Source: Peribolospora baueri
Lineage: Eukaryota
Assembly: GCA_029717555.1 (NCBI GenBank)
Contig: JAMDHS010000076.1
Coordinates: forward strand, 62,001 to 94,812
Direction of reading: 5' to 3'
Length of the DNA: 32,812 nt
The number at the start of each line of letters is the position of its first letter. Positions within the stretch are counted from its first letter, which is position 1. The notes below the pieces were generated by a model that did no database searches, was not told the DNA's origin, and worked only from the letters and a program-made list of their open reading frames with translations. This document shows positions 1 to 11,800 of the stretch, piece after piece. A program made the position numbers and the translations under genes.

Positions 1-275
1 AAAAGAGACCAGCTCCGCAAGGTGGCTCAACTGGAAGGGCGAGACGAAACGGAAGAGGTGAAGGAACAGGACGACCTGTGAGCCGCTTCTCGTCTTCACT
101 CCTCGCTCGTCCTTCGTATGTAACGCTCCCGCTCATGTCATTCTTCCATCTCGCCCTCCCGTCTGCCGCACCCCTCAGACGCTCCCGGCTCACCGGAGAG
201 CTTGGGGAACTGATGGACGAGGTCCGCGCTGAGCTCGCCGAACTCCCGCCCTTTCTGCACTGGGAGACTACCTGA
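1..275 (+). CDS. 3' end of an unidentified protein-coding gene (partial, two exons)
   Basis: Frame 1 is open from base 1 (KRDQLRKVAQLEGRDETEEVKEQDDL). A GTGAGC...CTCAG intron at 78-178 joins in phase to RSRLTGELGELMDEVRAELAELPPFLHWETT-TGA. Confidence 0.6.
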   Translation, partial: KRPAPQGGSTGRARRNGRGEGTGRPVSRFSSSLLARPSYVTLPLMSFFHLALPSAAPLRRSRLTGELGELMDEVRAELAELPPFLHWETT

Positions 276-889
276 GGCCGATCCCCGAGAAGCTACATGG
301 TCAGGCCCTATCCATACCCGTTCCAATCGCACTCTACTCGCCCTCCGCGACGCGTGCGAACACGAAACGACCAAGTCCACCCTGAAATGGGTATTGTCAT
401 ACGCCTATACGTAGAGTGTGCTTGAGTGATACATGTACGATATGGGGCGTGCGGAGAAGCGCGAGATGCCTGGTGCGGCTTGTCTTCACGGAAAGACTCG
501 AAGACATTGGGGCGGAGCTCTCGGATGCGAATCGAGCTCAAGGCTTCATCTCGCCGCCGTCGTCGTCGTCGGCGGCGGCGCTTCCGGTCATGCTCAGACA
601 CATAACGGACCGACTCGGGCCAGCCTACACTTTGAACGGGACACCAGGACGGTACAATTCACCATTTCAAGAGTCCCCTTCTTACACCAAAGCGCAGCTC
701 CTTCGGGGCTTTCCCCCTTAACGCGCCCCATCTATGCGCATAGAACGCGACGGGACGCGCTCCCCGAGCGACTTCCTACCTCCATCTTCGCGACCACCTA
801 CGTCGGGCACGACGACGAACGAGTCGAACTTTTTGTGATCGTGTGTGGCTGAGCCAATTACCATCTGCGCCGTCCTTCTCCCCTTCGAC

Positions 890-1748
890 ATGACTCCCCA
901 GTCTTCCGGCAGCTCCACTTCTAACGTCCTCCTCGTCCCTTCAGGCGACGCCGCCCTCGCGTCGCACCACCCGGACCCCGTCGCCGTCCTCGAAGCCTCC
1001 CCGGGGACGGAGGGGAGGACGGGTCCAGAAGCCGTGACCACCTTGTCGACCAACTTGAACTCGACCACCTCGTCCACCACCCTCACCTCGCCCATCGACG
1101 CCGTCTCCCGAGCTCGTCAGACGGCGCGGCAGACCTTCAGCGTGGACGACGTGCTGGAGCCAACGAACTTTGGCGAGCAGATCGAAGAGCCTTTCCTGCG
1201 CTTGCGGGAGGAGGCCAAGCTTAAGCTCCAAGGTGAGCTGAGCAGATCTGAGATAAGATGGGACGGGCGCGCGAGGAGCGGATCATGGACGGGATAGTCC
1301 GCGTCGCTTTTCCTTCCGTGGACCCCTTCTGCGGAGCAATATCCCCTTCGCTCCACGCTACCCGCCACTGACGGGCGCGAAATAAAGATCTCTACAAGGA
1401 AGCCGACTCGGTGTGCGAGGAGGTCAAGGCTTGGATGCTCTCCCGCGCGCAGAGCGAGGGCGAGCGCGCCGCCCAGACCGCCTTGGATCGGTACGACAGG
1501 GTCAGAGAGGTGGAGAGGAAGCACAGTGAGAAGCGGATGTTTTCGAGTATCATCTCTCCGCATTTTCTTCCCCATCCCCTTGTCTCTTCCCTTATCTGCC
1601 GCCCTCCGAACGAAACGCTGATACACGAACGTTCCGACTCGTGCCGAGAACAGTCGACCTGCACCGCCACTTTATCGCAACCAGGGGCAACCTCAGGAAA
1701 GTGGTCGAGGACTTTAACGACGGTTCAAAAGCCGAATCGGCGGAGTGA
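890..1748 (+). CDS. Hypothetical protein with S/T/P-rich N-terminus and charged helical (coiled-coil-like) C-terminus; 5' end uncertain
   Basis: Exons 890-1232, 1388-1525, 1654-1748 join in phase through GTGAG introns with CTGAC/CTGAT branch sites, giving ...EEAKLKLQDLYKEADSVCEEVKAWMLSRAQSEGERAAQTALDRYDRVREVERKHIDLHRHFIATRGNLRKVVEDFNDGSKAESAE*. The ATG at 890 may lie inside an intron 3' end (CCCCAG at 901). Confidence 0.5.
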
Positions 1749-2270
1749 CCCAGCCGAGAAGGTGAGGCAGCGCTCACGGCGTCTCGACACGGTCCGGAGA
1801 CGCTTTCGCGAACTTGACAAGGAATCGAGGCCCGTCCAGCGCTTCCGTCGAAGCGCATATACGAGCGTCATACTTTCGCATATCGTTGACTGACCATGGC
1901 AGCTCTGAATTTTCGTCTCCATTGAGCAGATCTTTTCCTTTCCCCGCGGTTCAGGTCACTTCGTACGCGTCCCGTCCGCAACCGTGAGCACCGGCCCTTT
2001 TCGGTGGTCAAACCGCTCGTTTCCCGATTCATTAGCTTCACGACGCTCGCCTGTCGGGTATATGCGTCTGAAATAGATACCCTTCCATCGCGCCGTCCAT
2101 GGTCCGAAGGAGCTTGTCCTGCCTGACACCGGTCCGAGCTAGAATACAAGCAGATGCTGGCGGCCGGAGAAAAAAAAAAGTGAGAAACGAAGAGAGATGG
2201 GATCGGATAGGCCAGGTCCAGTCTGGCCGATGAAGCGGTGAGCCCCGCCCGTCTCGTGCAGAGGCCTCGT

Positions 2271-5200
2271 TCAGAGATCTTGTGGCTGAGAGGTGAGATG
2301 GGGCACCATTGACGATGATGGCAGCCCACCCACGCCCGCGCTGCTTGCGCCTCCCAGGCTCGTGGAGTGGAAGCCGCCGCCCTTCCGGCCGACCTGCTCT
2401 TCTCTCCTACCCAGTTCTTCCTCCCACTCCTTCTCCCTCGCCTCCTTCTCTTTTAGCGCCGCCAGACGCTCCGAGCTCAGTCTGTTGAACGCCATGCGGT
2501 GGAAGGCGTTGAGTGACTGGACAAACTTCTTCCCCACGGCGTGCTGGGCGAGCGTGATGAAGAGATCTAGCACACCGTCGCGAATAACGGGGTCAGGGTG
2601 GAACAGACCGATGCCGAGAGGTATCAGTCCGCCTGAGTGTTGTGGTAATAGAGCGAGAAGCTAGGAGGGAGGGAAAAAGGGGACGATCAGAATGCGTTCA
2701 TTCCGCAGATGTCCGCGAAAACCACATCGGCTCGCTGGCCTAAAGGGAGGCACAGCCAACGAGCTCACCTCGATGACCTGCTCGCTGCTCTTGACGCTTC
2801 GCCCCATGGTGGTCAGGATCATGCCAGCCTCGGCATGAGAGAGCTTACGTGCGTACTTGAGCCGCGACAGCTGGTGGCCAACATCAAAGTTGCGGATTGT
2901 TCGCCGCTCGAGAGAGCGTCGAAAATCCTGTCGCGGAGGCGAAAATGTACGCGCAGCAACGTGCACCATTCTCGTCAGCTGAAACCGTCCAACGACAGGA
3001 CAGACACATAAGAGCGCTCATGCGGCAGGTCTGATGCGACTGACCTGGCAATGGTAGCGATAACTTTTTGTCACCCTCCATCCCTCGATCCGAGTAGCAT
3101 TGCTCGTCAATTCCCGCTGCTTTGTCTGATCATCCACGAACACGGTGCCCGAGCCTAGCTGACCGTTGAGGAACGGCTGACTGGGTAGGCCGATGGAGGT
3201 GGAACCGTACACCTCTTCCTCGTAACGTGCCGCGACGCGCACGAATCGAGCGACATAGTCGGTAAGGCGGGAGCGGATCGCCGATTCGCCAAAGTGTGCT
3301 TGAATCGAGGCGGTGATCTGGGCGAGTCAGCGAGTGGGAAAATGGCCAATATCAATACCGTTGGACAAAATCTGACGAGCCGTCATCGCGGAGGCAAGGA
3401 ACTCACGTCCTCCATGAACACGTTGTCGGTCGAATCCGGTCTCACCGGTGGCCCACCGGGCATGCCACTCCCATCAGGTCCCTTTGGCTTATCGCCCACG
3501 CCGGAAGTCCCGACGATGTTGCCGATACCACCGGTGTTCGTGCCCATCGTAGCAGCCGGGATTGTTCCATCCCGGGTCATGGACGGTCGGGGGGGTACTT
3601 GAGGGACGGGGGCAGGGGCAATGTCCTTGGAGACGGTAATCTTGCCGGACTCGATGTTGCACAGCACATCCCACCAGGCTGGGTGGTCCTCGAATGTCGG
3701 ATTTGTCACTCCGGCAATGTATCCCGGGCTGTGTGTAGAAGACCAACACGTCCAACCCATGACTGATGAGTCCTTCTGTCCTCCTTCTTGTTAGGCGAAT
3801 CCAGCTCGTTAGACGACCACCCATCCACTTACACAGTCTCTAAGGTCTCCACATTGGTCAAGTTGGTGTACGGGAATGCCCGCTCAATAAAGCCACGGAG
3901 GACGACGCCGCTACCGCTGGCGAGCGCGCAGGCGGCCAGTACGAAGTTGGCCACCAGGCCCGCAGGCTGACCATATCCGAGGAAAACGACACGTTTCCCG
4001 GTCACGAGAGCGTTGAAGATGAGGATGACCGGGTGGGTGAGCGGACCATTGCTGTGCAAGTGCGGGTGGAAAGGGGGATGCGACGTCGATGCGAAGGACG
4101 CGGGCACGGAAAAGGCTTGTATGAGTTTGATGACGGAGTACTGATACAATACACAACCCGTGAAGAGCAGAAAGCATCACAGTCAGCATGAGGCGTGCCC
4201 TTTGAATCGTACCGATATCAGACGGGGCAAACTCACGTCGCCGACTTCCTCTGGGAAGGTGGTAAGGGGTAATCGAATAGGAATCGTGTGGGATCCGTAG
4301 GTGATCCTGGTATCAAAGAAGTGGGTATCTTTCGGTCGGTTGACGGCGGAGGATCCGCCGAATGCGTTGAGATGGCCCTGAGAGCTCAGGGACCGGCCGA
4401 AAGACGAGGTGGGGGTGGCGGCACGGAGAGACTCGTCCGTACCTCTTCGAGAGGTTTTCGCCACTGACGAGGTGCCCAAGAGGCTAGGTCTGCTGGTTAT
4501 GCTGCTCGGTCCACCTTGCCTTTCCGAGGCGTCGCTCGAAGCCCGGGAGCGACTGATGCTCTGTCCATCGGCGGCGTGCCCTGAGCCGTTCGCATCCCAC
4601 TCAATGACCCCTCCCTGCTGCGCCTGATTGTCGGCGTAGACGAAAAGAAAGCGCTCCTCAAACATATCTCTCCTTTCCGTCGCTCGCAAGATTAACTTCT
4701 CGTCTCGAGTGAAGGAGGGGAGCAGGGAGAGGTCCACGCTGTTGATCGACTCGTAAAGACGGGCAAGGCAGTCAGGGGAAGGGTTCACAAAATAGTCGTC
4801 AAGAGCAAGGAGAAGGATGGGCTGATGAGACAAGAGCGGAAAGGCAACGCGGACATGAGAAAGTTGTCGCCGAAGGAACGTAGGAAAGCGACGCCTCTAA
4901 GCTGACCTTGAACACTTGGATGAACGGATGTCGTGTGCAGATCGCCAGCGCCTTGACCATGGCTCCCCTTTAGGAACACAAAGAATACGAGAGAAAGACA
5001 TGTTAAAGAGCTGCAGGTGAGCGCATCGAGAATGGGAACCCGACCCACCTCCGCACAGTATCGTCATGCTTGGTTCGCACCAAGTTGAGTACGTAAAGAT
5101 AGTCCTGCTCGTCTTCTGCCGACGAGTGTCCCGCACCGCTACCGGAGTGGCGCTTGGAAGAAAGGTTGAGGAAAAAAATTGTCCAGTCCTCCGCGCGGTC

Positions 5201-5691
5201 GTGCGCTCCGTCTGGGACCATGAGCTCGGCCAGCAAGCTGGCCGGTGGGTGTTCCAAGGAGGGAGTGCGCAATGTCTCAGCGGGCTTCGGCTACGGGGTT
5301 CCAAAGAACGGCCACTGGAAATGCAGATGTCAGTCACATGCACTCACTGCTCGTCCGCACCCGTCGGCTCAGGATACTGGTGGCTTAGCGTGCTCCCATC
5401 TTTGATGTCAAACTCTGCGATGAGACAATAGCTGCAATGCTCTCGTTCCGCCCCCTTGAGACCTTGAGCATAAGCCTGAACTTGAGACGGTACATGGTTC
5501 TGGTTGAAGGTCTGGGACTGGGACTGGCTCTGTGGCTGACGAGACGAAGTCGGCGAAGAGGAGAGGCGGGAATGCTGCTGCGTGCTCATGTTGCGACCGG
5601 GAGCAACGGAGGCAGGCGCAACGAAGGAGGACGTGGGCTCGGAGGGACGCGACGCCCGCCGAGCGGTGGTGGGCGATACAACGGTGTTCAT
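2271..5691 (-). CDS. mesA: MesA/Afi1-like polarity-axis stabilisation protein (uDENN/Afi1 plus SPA domains), 9 exons
   Basis: Spliced translation contains [109 protein letters not shown] and [38 protein letters not shown], which are typical of fungal MesA/Afi1. All introns are GT-AG and phase-compatible. Confidence 0.9.
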
Positions 5692-5939
5692 GTGCGCATG
5701 GGAGAGGGTGGTGGAGAGGAGGTCCGGGAGGTTACTAGGGAGGTCGGAGAATGGTGGTACGGCAGTGACGGTCGTTCGACGTCGGCAACGTCGTCGTCTA
5801 CCATCACCAGCGAGAACGCACGTGCCTACTCGAACGGGGACTACAACCCTAATTCGTCCCGTTCGCCGAGAAAACTCGTCCGACCGATCATCGATCACCT
5901 TGACCACAAGGCCGGAAACGCCCACGAGCCATCGTCAGG
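5692..5939. promoter_or_regulatory. Compact divergent (probably bidirectional) promoter between mesA and PCC1
   Basis: Only 248 bp separate the two head-to-head start codons. Confidence 0.6.
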
Positions 5940-6500
5940 ATGTCGCCCCTACCGCCCGACGGGCCCGGCGGCCAGCAGTGGCACACTGTGTGAGTGAGGG
6001 CCGAGCTCGGCAGGCACGACATATCTCTGAACTCGCATGGGTTTTGACGCCGACCACCACCCTTGTTCGAAGGACCACAGCACTATCTCTATGCCCTACC
6101 CGTCTCCAAAGGACGCCCAGGTGGCATTCCGAGTCCTCAACGTGGACAGGGAGCTCAAGCCGACCGAGGTCAAAAGGGATTTGGAAGTGCAAGGCAGCAA
6201 CCTCATCGCGTGAGTCTCCGAGCCGGGCCCGAGGTAAGGCGCTGGCGGGCATCAGCGCTCGTTGCCAGTGCCATTGGAGCAAGCTTTTCGTTGACGGTCC
6301 TTTCACCGCCCACTTTTTTGATTTCTAGCACCTTTCGAACAACAACCATCCGTCATGCTCGCCTCTCTGTCAACGGCTTCCTCGATTCAGCTGCATTGGT
6401 TACTCGGACAATCGCCGAGTTCGGGCCTCAAGCGACCGTAGCAGTGGGCGCAGGGATCGATGGCCCGAGCGCGGAAGTCGACTTGACCATCTCGTCTTGA
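5940..6500 (+). CDS. PCC1: EKC/KEOPS complex subunit Pcc1 (LAGE3/CTAG family), 3 exons
   Basis: Exons 5940-5989, 6081-6209, 6329-6500 give MSPLPPDGPGGQQWHTVTISMPYPSPKDAQVAFRVLNVDRELKPTEVKRDLEVQGSNLIATFRTTTIRHARLSVNGFLDSAALVTRTIAEFG..., matching the Pcc1 pattern (P[FY]PS..A..L.VD.EL..V.R...R..R.SVN.FL....V..TI.EFG). Not present as a single ORF in the track. Confidence 0.88.
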
Positions 6501-7171
6501 GACCGGCAGTTGAAGAGTGCTTTCCTCGTCCCTCATTATGCACCATCGCGACGCCGGGACACGCGAAGATTTGACCTAAGTCGTCGTCGGCAAATGACGC
6601 CCTCTGGGTCGAGTCGTCGGATATGAACTTATCTGCCCATACCCGGCTTGGCCATGCCCATCTGTCCTTGTCCTCATTGACCTGTTCGTCTCGCTAGAGG
6701 CTGGATGGGCACATCGCTAGTCGGCTTTCCGCACTTCATCCTCAGGTCAGGAGGCCGGCTCCTCGGGCGTAAGAGGGGCGTGGGTGCAGGCGCTGACGGG
6801 TTGTTTGGCCCGGGAGCCGGACACGAACGGAAGCAGCGCTTATCTTCCTCGGCACTCGCTTCGAGCGAATATTTCGTCTACGGAAATGTGATTGAGGTGC
6901 TTCTGCCGCCGAGCTCCAGCCGATCGTCCATTAAACAGCATATGAAGGAAACGTTTTGACTCCCGGATACTTCTCATGGGGTCCAAGGACGTCGTCATCT
7001 TGGAGATGAAATCCAAAAGTCGAACACGGGAAGGGCAGAGAGGGGTACCAACTAAGGATCGCATCCCATTCCCTAGCAAATCGCACGGGAAAATACAAAG
7101 ACGCAGGGATTCGTAGGATGGCTTGGAGTGGGAGGCGAGCGAGCCAGCGAACCGCCAGTCGACAAAGCGGA

Positions 7172-7854
7172 TCAGAAATGTCGGATCTCGCCTATGGGTT
7201 CCGCTCGTATTGAGTCGAGGTCGATCTCTTCCTCTTTTTGCGGGTCGAAGTCGCCCACGAGGGTTCTGTTGCGACGTGGAGAGAAAGGAGAAGGAGGCGA
7301 ACGAAGGCCAAAAGGAAAAAGGGAAGAACGTCATCCAGAGAGGAGGACGCATTAAGGCGGGTTTAGGCACCGAGGAAAAACCACTCCCCAACATATCATA
7401 GCGCCTAGGACAAAGGAACACGATAGGCAGATGTAATACCCACATATTGTCCCCGCGAACGATATAGAGCCCGAGGTCCTCCTCCTTGACGCCTTCGTCG
7501 AGGCTGAAGATGCGTTCGACAGAGTTGGCAAGTACGACTGTGCCCATCGTATCGTAGCCTTTGAGGGTGCCCTAAGGATTTAAGGAGTAGAGAGCGAGGT
7601 GGTGAACGAGAAAAAGAAAGACGGTGCAGCCGAGTTATATAGGCGAGTAAGAGAATGATGCAAAGATAACGAAGGCAAAAGTCACTCACCACGATGATCC
7701 GCGCATCCTGCGTCATCAACAGCACCTTCTCTGAGAGTGGGAGAAGATAAACAAGGAAAGGACGCCTTCAGCACGCTTGTCGTGTCGTCTTTCCTCCGGA
7801 CCCATGCGGCGCGAGCACAGGCTCACTTTCAACGTAGCCCTGAAGACTCGACAT
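7172..7854 (-). CDS. LSM8: U6 snRNA-associated Sm-like protein Lsm8, 4 exons
   Basis: Exons 7854-7827, 7730-7690, 7571-7444, 7265-7172 give MSSLQGYVEKKVLLMTQDARIIVGTLKGYDTMGTVVLANSVERIFSLDEGVKEEDLGLYIVRGDNITLVGDFDPQKEEEIDLDSIRAEPIGEIRHF*, with Sm1/Sm2 motifs and the Lsm8-like LGLY.VRGDN and IRAEP. Confidence 0.92.
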
Positions 7855-8814
7855 TCTAGCTCGCTATGCCGGCCAAACAGCCGCAGAACCAACGAACTAC
7901 CACGGATCGACGGCCCTTTTGGACCGGAAGGAAGGGCGAACGGGCGAGCGTGGGCGCGTTCGTACGTTTCGTTCGTCCGTTCGTTCGTAACCTGTCGGTC
8001 TGTCTGTCTGTCGCAGGAACGGCTGAGAGACAGAGTGTAATGGGCGACTTTCACACATAAGGGCACGTAACACGTGGCCGGGGGGAAGAGAGGAAGACGG
8101 GAAGAGAGACGAGGGTGATAAAAGAGGAATCAGCCCCCCTGTACGAGCAGGTGACTTCCGCCAGAGCGCCGCTGCCCACCCGCGCACTCTCTCTATCACG
8201 CTCGCGCAGCCTGGCAAAACTCTGCTCACCTCCCCGTCTATGAGCGGCACCACAGACACGGCCGCGGACAACGTTGCTTGCTAGGTTGCGAGCGACAGCG
8301 GACAGGGCGACGGCAAGGCGGTGATCGTCGGTGATCGATGATGGAACGGAGGCAGGATTCGTGCACGCGTCGAGCTCACGTCGATCATTTTCGTCCTGCT
8401 CGCGACTTCATCCATCCTTTCCGTAAACAGACGAGCGGGTCTTCTTCTTGCGCGGCGATCCATGCAGACGTCCGTTTGGCCACTGTGCTCTTGGTCGCCG
8501 GCGGACCTCGACCGCCGCGGGCGTTCCTTCTCATCGCTCACGGTTTCTTTTTCAGGTAGCGCAGACGCAGATGATTGATTGACGGGCCGAACTTGGGCGG
8601 CACACGCCACAAGCTTGCTGGAGGCCATCTCTGGATTGCATCGTGACTCTGCTTCCTTCGCCGCAATAGCGTCGCTGACTTCCCTGCTTTTTGCTCTGGG
8701 GTTGTCTACATGTGCTCAGGCCCCATGACGTTCTTCCCCGCCCATTAGAATACGGCTTTTGGGACCGGGGACCTAACCACGCCCTAAATTCTGCCTCACA
8801 ATCCTCCCAACGTG

Positions 8815-11800
8815 ATGCTGTCCATGAATGGGCAAGCTACAGACCATTTCGATCCGCCGCCAGCAGCAGGTGATCAGCAAGAGCAACAACGACCGGCGGA
8901 GGTCCGACAGAGTTCTCAGTCGCCTCGGCCGCACGAAGCAGGACGAGTAATTCAAGGATTGGTAAGGAATGGCAGGTCTACTGCGCTTGACGAAGGCCAC
9001 GGACGTCCAGATCGTTCGACGGCGGCCGAGGATGGCTGTGATTCCACCAAGACAGAGCGCAAGGCAGGAGACTTGAGCGAACCTAGTCAATCCCCAGCAC
9101 CGACCGTGGCGGCAACACCCTTCAATGCCACTTTCCCTGCCGAAGACCTCGAGTCCGTCGCGGCCGGCCACCTGGACTCGTTTCTCCCCTCATCGTCTCA
9201 GGGCCCCTCCACCTCCTCTCACTTGTCCTCATCAGGTAGAAGGAAGGCAGGGAAGAAGGAAAGTGTGAAGTCCGGCTTGAACGGCCCGAAGGCCGATTCC
9301 GCCTCGTCCCCACAAGGTTCTTCGAGCATCACTCAGTCGAGTGGTCCAGAGTTGGGCCGATCGTCAACTCGGTTTTCACTTTCCACGCCTGGGCATGCGA
9401 CGTACGGCGACAGTAGGCGTCATGCTGCGCCGTACGTGACGGTGCCCCAGCGAGTCCGTCCTGATCCTGGTCCTCTTCCAGCCCCCCTTTCCCGCCCATT
9501 TCATTCCGATCAGCCTAGAGGCAAAGCCGGTGCTCCTTCTCCCACTATTTCGTCCATCGTACCGAGCCCCCGCAGCAAGTCATTCTTTCCGGAGGATGTG
9601 GAAGGACACGAGAAAGATGAAGGAGGAAGAGGAGAGAGTGAGCAAGAGCGTCTTAACGGACCCCGCGAAGAGCGACCTGGAGAAGCAGGAGCCAGCGAGC
9701 CCAAAAGCTCGAATGATGGACACGAACAGAAAATGCGCCAAGATGGAGCTGAGAGTGTCTTGGACGGGCAGGCAATTGCAGATCAACATCGTCCGGAGCT
9801 CACACTGCCACGCGGCAGCGTACGATCCCAATCATGTTCACGATCAGGCGACGGCAACGCGAAGGGACGAGAAAGTGGAGAGAGTGGCGGTGGTAGTAGA
9901 GATGAGGGTGTTGACTCTTCTGTATTCTTCGATCAGCCTATACCATCTGCTGGCGCTCCCCTGACTCCAGCTCGGGCCGCCTCGCTTGCTCAAACGCTTG
10001 GCGAACGTGCCACTGAGGACGGAACAGGTCAACATTCCAAGGTTCCCGACCGGACTGTGTCCGTAAAACAGGCGCCAGTTCGTGGCCTCGGCACGTTCGG
10101 TAGGGCCCTTCTCAGCCGAATTGGCGACAAGAATGCTGAGAGCTCGAGACGACCCCGACGTCAATCGCCTCCCAAGCCGCCAATACAAGACAACGCGCCC
10201 CGTCAAATAAATGATGTAACCCTGTCAACCTCGCATGGTGTGCAGACCGAAGGCAAAGCAGTCGGAGATATCCATCGCCAGCTAGCCGATTTCGAAGCGG
10301 CCGCGCTCAAGGAAGCTGAGAAGTCGGATAGGGCTGAGGCGGAGTCGGAACGACACCAGCAGAAGCATCGAGACCGGCTCTTGATGGCTAAGAGGTTGAT
10401 GGAAGAGGAACGGAAGAAAGATGCAAAGCGGGAGGAGGAGGGAGGCAGAAAGGAGGAGAGGTCGAGGGGGCAATTGAGTGATGGAGTGCTCAGCAACATA
10501 CTGCAGCTACATAGGAGCAGGGATTACTCTCCTACTCCTCTCGCAACACCGTCAAGCAGCACGCCTATATCGACACCCGAAGAAACAGAGGCTCCACCGG
10601 ATCAGAGACCGGCAGATGCAAGGCCAGACGAGAATGGCAAGGTCAAACATGCCGAGGCTAGCTATTTCCCGCCTCAGCCGGCTGCCAGCTCCACTGCGCC
10701 AGTCTCGAAGGCGCCCATCAGCTCGGGCCAGCCATCGTCCACGGAGGCAAGAATGGATTTGCGTCAACGACGCGGCGGCGAGGTCGACAGCAGCCAACAT
10801 CCTTCCGGTACGGCTAGTCTTCCAGCCTCGCCGAAATCTTCCCCTACGAGTTCTCCAAACCGGCCTCCCCTGTTTCGATCGTCTTCCTTTCTCGACATGT
10901 CCAAGGCGGGTGCGTCAGCCTCCAAGCGTGCCGTCAGCTCTGCCACCTCAGCAGTCGCAGGGGCTACGAAGTCGGCGGCCCTAGCCACAGCGAGTAAGGC
11001 GGCACAAGGCGCAGAGGCAGCTGCTGCTGTCGGTGCTGGTCTTATGAAGGGCCCCGGCTCTGACAAACCCAGCTTGAGTTCATTGATGGCTACAACCGGC
11101 AACCTCGGCGCTGTCGCGACGCCGACGGGGGTCACCGTAGGGTAAGGTCGCGCTGTTCACTTTACTGTCCGTGATCTGAGACTCTTCGTCATCCAGATTG
11201 AACTTGCTCCTCCTCGAAACAGCCCGGCCCCGTATCGTCCTGGCTACAAATTGGCTCGCTATTCCTACACTGAGTCGCCGCCGATCGCCTCGTCTCCTCA
11301 CAAGCTCACTCATTCATCCTCCATCGGCCAAGTGGACTCACAGGCTGCGAAACTCCGAAAGTCATCCGGTGCACAAGGCATCGAACGCTCGCGTTCCACC
11401 GGCGAGCTTGAGTCGGGCGCGAGGGAGGAAGACGTGAGCGAGGGTTCGGGGCAGTGTGACGAGGAGAAGTCGGCCGACCGTGCGCCTCCGCGAGAGACGG
11501 ATGCGTCGTCCATGTCGAGCGCTTCCCTTCGCAAGGGCAACATCCTATGGCCGAAGCGCTTTCGGTCAGAACAGGGTACACCAGAAATTGAGGCTGGCGG
11601 TGGGGGAAGAGGCGGTCGCGGTGGCGGGCGAGGAGGAGACGGCTGGAGGAGTGGTTCTTCTACGCCGGGGGGCGATGAGCGTGCGAGAAGGACGCGGAGA
11701 GAGTTGTGTGAGTGTTTTCATGCTCCGTTTTAGCTACTTGCGCTTTGCATTGACGTCTGGCCTCGTGCGTGTCATCTGCAGTCATCACAATGCACATCGC

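Noticed and set aside
1233..1387. TPP riboswitch in an intron (CTGAGA motif)
   Set aside because: The downstream TGAT...GATAAT...GCG aptamer elements and their paired stems are absent.
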